This document shows, piece by piece, positions 58,990 through 64,000 of a stretch of DNA of 64,000 bases (its first letter is position 1; each line of letters opens with the position of its first letter). The DNA is taken from contig NZ_CALSOW010000001.1 in the NCBI RefSeq assembly GCF_943788075.1, positions 105,128 through 169,127 on the forward strand, given 5' to 3'. A program made the translations under genes and the position numbers. A model generated the notes under the pieces. The model worked only from the letters and a program-made list of their open reading frames with translations, was not told where the DNA came from and made no database searches. The stretch comes from an uncultured Candidatus Pelagibacter sp. GTDB taxonomy: Bacteria; Pseudomonadota; Alphaproteobacteria; Pelagibacterales; Pelagibacteraceae.

Positions 58990-59906
58990 TGGGAATTTTT
59001 GATAAATTTAAATCTGGTTTTAAGAAAAGCGCATCTGCCTTAACATCTGGTTTAAGAGATATAGTTGTAAAAAAAGAAATAGATGACAAAACATTAGATA
59101 AAATTGAGGAATATTTAATTCAATCAGATGTCGGGGTTATTGCTGCTTCAGAAATAAAGGAAATAATCTCAGATAGTAAAATTGATCCAAAAAAAGACAT
59201 TGCTGAGGAAATAAGCACAATCTTAAAAGAGTATATTATTTCTTTAATGAAACCTCTTGAAAATGAATCTTTTTTTCAAAAAAAAGAAAAAATTAATGCA
59301 ACATTAGTTTCAGGTGTTAATGGGGTTGGTAAAACAACAACCATTGGAAAAATTAGTAAAATTTTAAAGGCTAATGGAAATAAAGTTATGCTTGCAGCAT
59401 CAGATACTTTTAGGGCTGCAGCTATTGAACAATTAGAAAATTGGGCAAACAAAGTAGAGGTTGAGATAACTAAATCCTCACAAGGTGCAGATCCAGCATC
59501 TGTTGCATACAAAGCAATAGAAGAAGCAATTGCAAATAACTTTAATCAAGTTTTAATTGATACAGCTGGAAGATTACAAAATAAAAAAAATTTGATGGAG
59601 GAGTATAAAAAAATTGCAAATGTAACAAAAAAAATAGACCCTAAGGCTCCTCATGATGTGATTTTAGTTTTAGATGCTACTTCAGGTCAAAATGTAATTA
59701 ATCAAGTTGAGGAATTTAATAAAATTATTCCAATAACAGGTTTAATAATGACTAAGTTAGATGGTACAGCTAAGGGAGGAATTCTTTTAGCTGTTGCAAA
59801 AAAATATAAGCTTCCAATTATTGCTCTGGGCTTAGGAGAAAAAGAGGATGATCTACAAATTTTTGAAGCAGAAAAATTTGCCGATGCTTTTACTCAAATT
59901 AATTGA
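58989..59906 (+). CDS. ftsY: SRP receptor FtsY
   Basis: GVNGVGKTTT, DTFRAAA, DTAGR, TKLDGTAKGG. Confidence 0.97.
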   Translation: MGIFDKFKSGFKKSASALTSGLRDIVVKKEIDDKTLDKIEEYLIQSDVGVIAASEIKEIISDSKIDPKKDIAEEISTILKEYIISLMKPLENESFFQKKEKINATLVSGVNGVGKTTTIGKISKILKANGNKVMLAASDTFRAAAIEQLENWANKVEVEITKSSQGADPASVAYKAIEEAIANNFNQVLIDTAGRLQNKKNLMEEYKKIANVTKKIDPKAPHDVILVLDATSGQNVINQVEEFNKIIPITGLIMTKLDGTAKGGILLAVAKKYKLPIIALGLGEKEDDLQIFEAEKFADAFTQIN

Positions 59907-60462
59907 TTAAAGTACTTGAAATTAAAGGTTTATAGAAGCTGCACTTATAATTTTCCTTAAAATTATCATGTCCACAATTTTTAGCTATAGATGAAATAAT
60001 AAAGTCAAATTTTCCATTGTTTGGATAAAGTTCTAATTTTTTTTCACTAATATCAAATTTAAAATTTGCATTTAAACTTTTCACAGCACTTATCATTACT
60101 AATGTTTTGTTATCTTTTAATAAATAATAAGCAAAATCATCAGGAAAAACAGGAAAGTCATATTCTTCAAGGAAATATTTTGCTCTTTTGGGAAACCACT
60201 CATAAGAAATCAATGGATATGAAATTTTTTTTTCATAATCGTACATATAAAGATCTTTAGGAAAGTCATTTATGTAATTACTGTTTTCCCCTCTTGCTAA
60301 TATTGCCTTCTCTCTGGTTTTAAAATATAGAGCAAAATTTTCATCATGTGAGTTCATCTGATCTATATGAAATAAATTATCAATCAGTGACTTATTTTCT
60401 TCTGCTAAAACAAAATTTTTAAAAGATAGAAAAATAATAAGTATTAATAGTGTTTTTCTCAC
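59899..60462 (-). CDS. Hypothetical exported protein (GTG start)
   Basis: 187-aa ORF, N-terminal signal-like sequence (MRKTLLILIIF...VLA/EE); no motif recognised. Confidence 0.6.
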   Translation of the reverse strand: MRKTLLILIIFLSFKNFVLAEENKSLIDNLFHIDQMNSHDENFALYFKTREKAILARGENSNYINDFPKDLYMYDYEKKISYPLISYEWFPKRAKYFLEEYDFPVFPDDFAYYLLKDNKTLVMISAVKSLNANFKFDISEKKLELYPNNGKFDFIISSIAKNCGHDNFKENYKCSFYKPLISSTLIN

Positions 60463-60511
60463 TTATAAAATCTAAAAAAAGAATTTGTACTATATTTGTT
60501 TAGAATGTGGC

Positions 60512-61330
60512 TTAATTTAAACTTTTTATAAAGGATTTTAACGCAAACAAAAGATTTTCGTCATATTCCATCATATGATCGTCAAATTTTGTAAAATGAG
60601 AATATTTTGGTTGATTGGCAATTTCATAAATTTTTTTACCCATCCAAAAAGGAACTATTTGATCAACTTCGCCATGCATAATTAAAACTGGTATATTTAT
60701 ATTTTTGATTTTATTTTGATTGTCATACTTATCTTTTAATAAAAAGGACACTGGAATATATGGATAAAAGTTTTTTGCAGCTTCCACCATTGATGTAAAA
60801 GGTGTCTCGAGAATTAAACCAGCATAATCCTTACTTTGAGCTATCTCAATTGCAACACCAGTTCCAAGCGACTCTCCATAAAGTATTATGTTTTCTTCTG
60901 TTAAACCTAATTCTTTAAGCCATAAAATTGTGCTATTTGCATCTATATAAAGTCCTTCTTCGGAGGGTTTTCCTTTGTTTCCATTAAAACCTCGCCAAGC
61001 TATTATTAAAAAATTAACATCTATATCTTTAAAGTGGTTCAATTTATGAATTCTATTTTCAAGTGTCCCAGCATTACCATGGAAATAAACTATTGTTTTA
61101 AATTTCTTAAAATCTTTTTTATGCAACCAACCAAGTAAATTTATGTTGTCAGAAGTTGCAATCTTAACTTTCTCTACTTCAACTTCCAATTTATCTCCAG
61201 AGTAATTATTCTCTAGTGGATGGTACATTAAACTTCTTTGAAAAATAAAAAGCAGAATTAATACTGATACATAAACAACAATTATTCCAATAATAAATTC
61301 CAAAAAAAAATTCCTACGTTTTAGTTTCAT
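60512..61330 (-). CDS. Membrane-anchored alpha/beta hydrolase (ABHD13/BEM46-like)
   Basis: N-terminal TM, YFHGNAG, WRGF...G.PSEEG, GESLG, HG..DQIVP, DDHM. Confidence 0.85.
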   Translation of the reverse strand: MKLKRRNFFLEFIIGIIVVYVSVLILLFIFQRSLMYHPLENNYSGDKLEVEVEKVKIATSDNINLLGWLHKKDFKKFKTIVYFHGNAGTLENRIHKLNHFKDIDVNFLIIAWRGFNGNKGKPSEEGLYIDANSTILWLKELGLTEENIILYGESLGTGVAIEIAQSKDYAGLILETPFTSMVEAAKNFYPYIPVSFLLKDKYDNQNKIKNINIPVLIMHGEVDQIVPFWMGKKIYEIANQPKYSHFTKFDDHMMEYDENLLFALKSFIKSLN

Positions 61331-62219
61331 AATTTTTTTTTGCTAAATAAACACCAAAGAATACTAAAACAGTACCCAAATAATGAAAAGATTCTAATTT
61401 TTCATTAAAAAACATAAACCCATAAATTGCAGCATAAATTGTGAAAATATAAAGTGTAAAACCAGTTAACGATGCACCTAAACTCTTTTGAGCTTTAGTA
61501 TAAAGAGTAAATGCAATTATCCCTGGCGATATTGCAGCAAACACAACCCATAAAAAAAATTGTGAATTAAATATAGTTCTTTGAACAACAACCTCTTCAA
61601 TTATGTAAAAAGGTAATAAACTAATTGCACCAAAAAAGGCAACTAATGTAAATCTTTGAAAAATTGGTAATTCTGACTTCCAATAAAAAAGGTAAATAGA
61701 ATAAAGAGCCCAACCAATAGCAGCGGCCAACATCCATAGATCACCTATTGTAAAATTTAAATTTAATAATAAATTTAAATCACCCTTAATAATAATTGCA
61801 AAAACCCCAATTAAGCAAGAAACTAAGCCAATAATTTTAATAAAATTAATTTTTTCATTAAAAAAAATTGCTGAAATCATAATAATAAATATAGGTGAAG
61901 AAGTATAAATAATTCCCATATTTGTAACTGTTGTTGTTTCTCCAGCTAAAAAAGGGAACGCTCCACAAACACCACATCCCATTGCACCTAAAAAGAAAAG
62001 TCTTTTAAACTCTTTTTTAATTATTTTTGAATTTTTGATTAATAATGAATATGTAAATGGCAAAAGTAATAGAACAACCACAGTCCATCTCCAGAATGCC
62101 AATGAAATTGGAGGAACATACTCAACCCCACCTCTGGCAACTATTAAATTAGATGCCATAAAAATGGGCTGAATAAATAAAAGAGAGAAAGCTAAAAAAT
62201 TATTTTTTTTGTTAGACAA
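61314..62219 (-). CDS. DMT/EamA-family transporter
   Basis: About 10 TM, PPISLAFWRW, FFNEK, GDLWML; two-repeat layout. Confidence 0.85.
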   Translation of the reverse strand: MSNKKNNFLAFSLLFIQPIFMASNLIVARGGVEYVPPISLAFWRWTVVVLLLLPFTYSLLIKNSKIIKKEFKRLFFLGAMGCGVCGAFPFLAGETTTVTNMGIIYTSSPIFIIMISAIFFNEKINFIKIIGLVSCLIGVFAIIIKGDLNLLLNLNFTIGDLWMLAAAIGWALYSIYLFYWKSELPIFQRFTLVAFFGAISLLPFYIIEEVVVQRTIFNSQFFLWVVFAAISPGIIAFTLYTKAQKSLGASLTGFTLYIFTIYAAIYGFMFFNEKLESFHYLGTVLVFFGVYLAKKNYETKT

Positions 62220-62236
62220 TTTTTTTTAATTAAAAA

Positions 62237-62413
62237 CTATTTTTTGTCGAAGAATGCTTCATAGACCATCATAAATATTGCAATAGCCATTAATATATAA
62301 ACTGGTAACACATCAAAAAAACCTATCATTGTAGATCGTGTCAAAGTTGTTGCTAAACCAATTAAAAAAGAGGCAGCAAGTAAAGAACCAAGTAGTGTTG
62401 TAAATTTTTGCAT
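62237..62413 (-). CDS. Small 58-aa two-TM membrane protein (not in the ORF track)
   Basis: MQKFTTLLGSLLAASFLIGLATTLTRSTMIGFFDVLPVYILMAIAIFMMVYEAFFDKK*; ATG 1 nt after the amidase stop; fills the gap. Confidence 0.75.
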   Translation of the reverse strand: MQKFTTLLGSLLAASFLIGLATTLTRSTMIGFFDVLPVYILMAIAIFMMVYEAFFDKK

Positions 62414-62414
62414 T

Positions 62415-63743
62415 TTATTTATTACATTCCTTTTCTAACCAATTAGCAACACCTAAAAATCTATGATCATCATAACGGGCCCCTACAAGTTGCACTCCTA
62501 AAGGCATATCATTTTCACCTTGCAACAATGGTAGTGAGATACATGGGGTGCCAAGATATGACCAAACCTTATTGAATTCTGCCGTACCAGTACTTTTTAA
62601 ACCTTTGGGAGCTACACCTGGACTAGAAGGTGTTAAAACACCATGATAATCCTCAAATACTTCTTCATAAGAGTCGTAACTTCTTTTCATAAAATCTACA
62701 GCTTCAGCATATTCTTTAGCTGAATGCTTATTACCTTTTGCAATTGCATCTTGCATATATTTAGATAATTTTTTTTTATATTTTTTGTAATAAAGACTAA
62801 AGTTATTTGCTAAATCAGTTTCGTGAATTATCTGATGGTATTTATGAATATCTTTGAAATATGAAGGTGTATCAAAAACTTCAATGTTCTTTTTAAAAGA
62901 TTTAATAAAATATTCGAATGCTTGTCTAGATTTTTTATCAATTAACTTCCAATGATCTGTTTTGTAAAAGATAAATTTTGGTTCAAACAAGGGTCCTTTT
63001 TTTGTTTCACTAAACATATCTTCACTTGAATAATAAATGGTCGCTTTGTCATGATTATCTTTTTTAATCAAAACTTTTGCCAGCAAGGCAACATCTTCAA
63101 CAGATCTTCCAAATACTCCAATATGATCTAATTTCTCTGATGTTTTTAAAACTCCATTTCTTGAAATTAATCCATATGATGGTTTGTAACCAACAACACC
63201 GCAATAAGATGCAGGTCTAATAACTGATCCTCCTGTTTGTGAACCTATTGATAATGGGGCCATAAAAGATCCAACTGATGCAGCTGATCCACTTGAAGAA
63301 CCACCTGGAGTTCTTGAATGATCATGGGGGTTTGTAGTTTTTGAAGGACCAAGATAAGCAAGTTCAGAAGTGGCTGTTTTACCCATAATTATTGCTCCTG
63401 CAGAAATAAGTAAGTCTACTATTTCAGCATTTTGGGAGTAAGATTTACCTTTTCTAATTGGAGTTCCACATTCAGTTGGCATATCAACTGTTCCTATAAT
63501 ATCTTTTAGTGCAACAGGGATTCCATGCAATGGACCTGTTGGTTTACCTGACCTTCTATGTTGATCAGCCTCTTCTGCTTTTTCAAGTAACAGCTTTTTA
63601 TCTAAATGAACCCAAGCTTTTACATCTTTTTCAAATTTATTAATTCTTTCAATATATTTTTGACAAACTTCTACTGATGTCAGTTGAGCATCTTTTATTT
63701 TAGCGACAATCTCTTCAACTTTTAGCGAAAGTATATCTATCAT
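62415..63743 (-). CDS. Amidase-signature family enzyme
   Basis: PLHGIPVALKD (Lys), PGGSSSGSAA, GSQTGGSVIRPASYCG (Ser-cisSer-Lys triad), PLGVQL. Confidence 0.9.
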   Translation of the reverse strand: MIDILSLKVEEIVAKIKDAQLTSVEVCQKYIERINKFEKDVKAWVHLDKKLLLEKAEEADQHRRSGKPTGPLHGIPVALKDIIGTVDMPTECGTPIRKGKSYSQNAEIVDLLISAGAIIMGKTATSELAYLGPSKTTNPHDHSRTPGGSSSGSAASVGSFMAPLSIGSQTGGSVIRPASYCGVVGYKPSYGLISRNGVLKTSEKLDHIGVFGRSVEDVALLAKVLIKKDNHDKATIYYSSEDMFSETKKGPLFEPKFIFYKTDHWKLIDKKSRQAFEYFIKSFKKNIEVFDTPSYFKDIHKYHQIIHETDLANNFSLYYKKYKKKLSKYMQDAIAKGNKHSAKEYAEAVDFMKRSYDSYEEVFEDYHGVLTPSSPGVAPKGLKSTGTAEFNKVWSYLGTPCISLPLLQGENDMPLGVQLVGARYDDHRFLGVANWLEKECNK

Positions 63744-63749
63744 TTTTAT

Positions 63750-64000
63750 CTAGTCTGCAAATAATGTTTCGGGTAACCATAATGCAATTCCTGGAAACAT
63801 ATACATTAAAAACATTGCAAAAATTACAATAGCTAAGAATGGCATAATTCCTCTAAAAATTTCCATTAATTCTACATTACTTTTTTGAACACCTTTTAAA
63901 TAGTAAGCTGACATTGCCATTGGGGGAGTTAAAAAAGATGTTTGTAAGTTAAGCGCTATTAACATTGCAAAGAAATATGGATTAACACCAAATACTTCTA
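63750..64000 (-). CDS. dctM: TRAP transporter large permease DctM, C-terminal fragment
   Basis: Frame open to the window end: EVFGVNPYFFAMLIALNLQTSFLTPPMAMSAYYLKGV...IFRGIMPF...FPGIALWLP. Confidence 0.85.
   Translation of the reverse strand, partial: EVFGVNPYFFAMLIALNLQTSFLTPPMAMSAYYLKGVQKSNVELMEIFRGIMPFLAIVIFAMFLMYMFPGIALWLPETLFAD

Overview
Very AT-rich, tightly packed alphaproteobacterial chromosome segment. Gene content and order match SAR11 / 'Ca. Pelagibacter' core genome: dmdA-hydrolase-dmdB-dmdC DMSP demethylation genes, class I LysRS, a SAM-II riboswitch before metX, and a structured ffh leader. It is almost all housekeeping: polA (partial), bioY, regA, a three-gene polyamine operon, rpmB/pyrD/lysS, trkH-ampG-NlpC, hisC/tyrC, metXW, rplU-rpmA-obg-proBA-nadD-rsfS-ctpA-rppH, F1 ATP synthase, priA, the TCA cluster, dmd, leuCDB, rplS-trmD-rpsP-ffh, dapF-ftsY and the end of a TRAP-amidase cluster. 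I saw no tRNA, rRNA, integrase, IS, phage gene or CRISPR array. Four single-base frameshifts (polA x2, regA, atpH) look like sequencing or consensus errors. Best leads: (1) SdhC and SdhD both lack the heme-b axial histidines, suggesting a naturally heme-free complex II; (2) a decarboxylase / DHS-like / ureohydrolase polyamine operon with a terminator-like leader hairpin; (3) a candidate leaderless promoter with an 18-bp palindrome in front of the dmd operon, which also carries an orphan alpha/beta hydrolase; (4) a shared, recently expanded Ala/Glu/Pro tail on S16 and L19; (5) an uncalled 58-aa two-TM protein in the TRAP-amidase cluster. All homology calls come from recognising motifs by eye; no searches were run.
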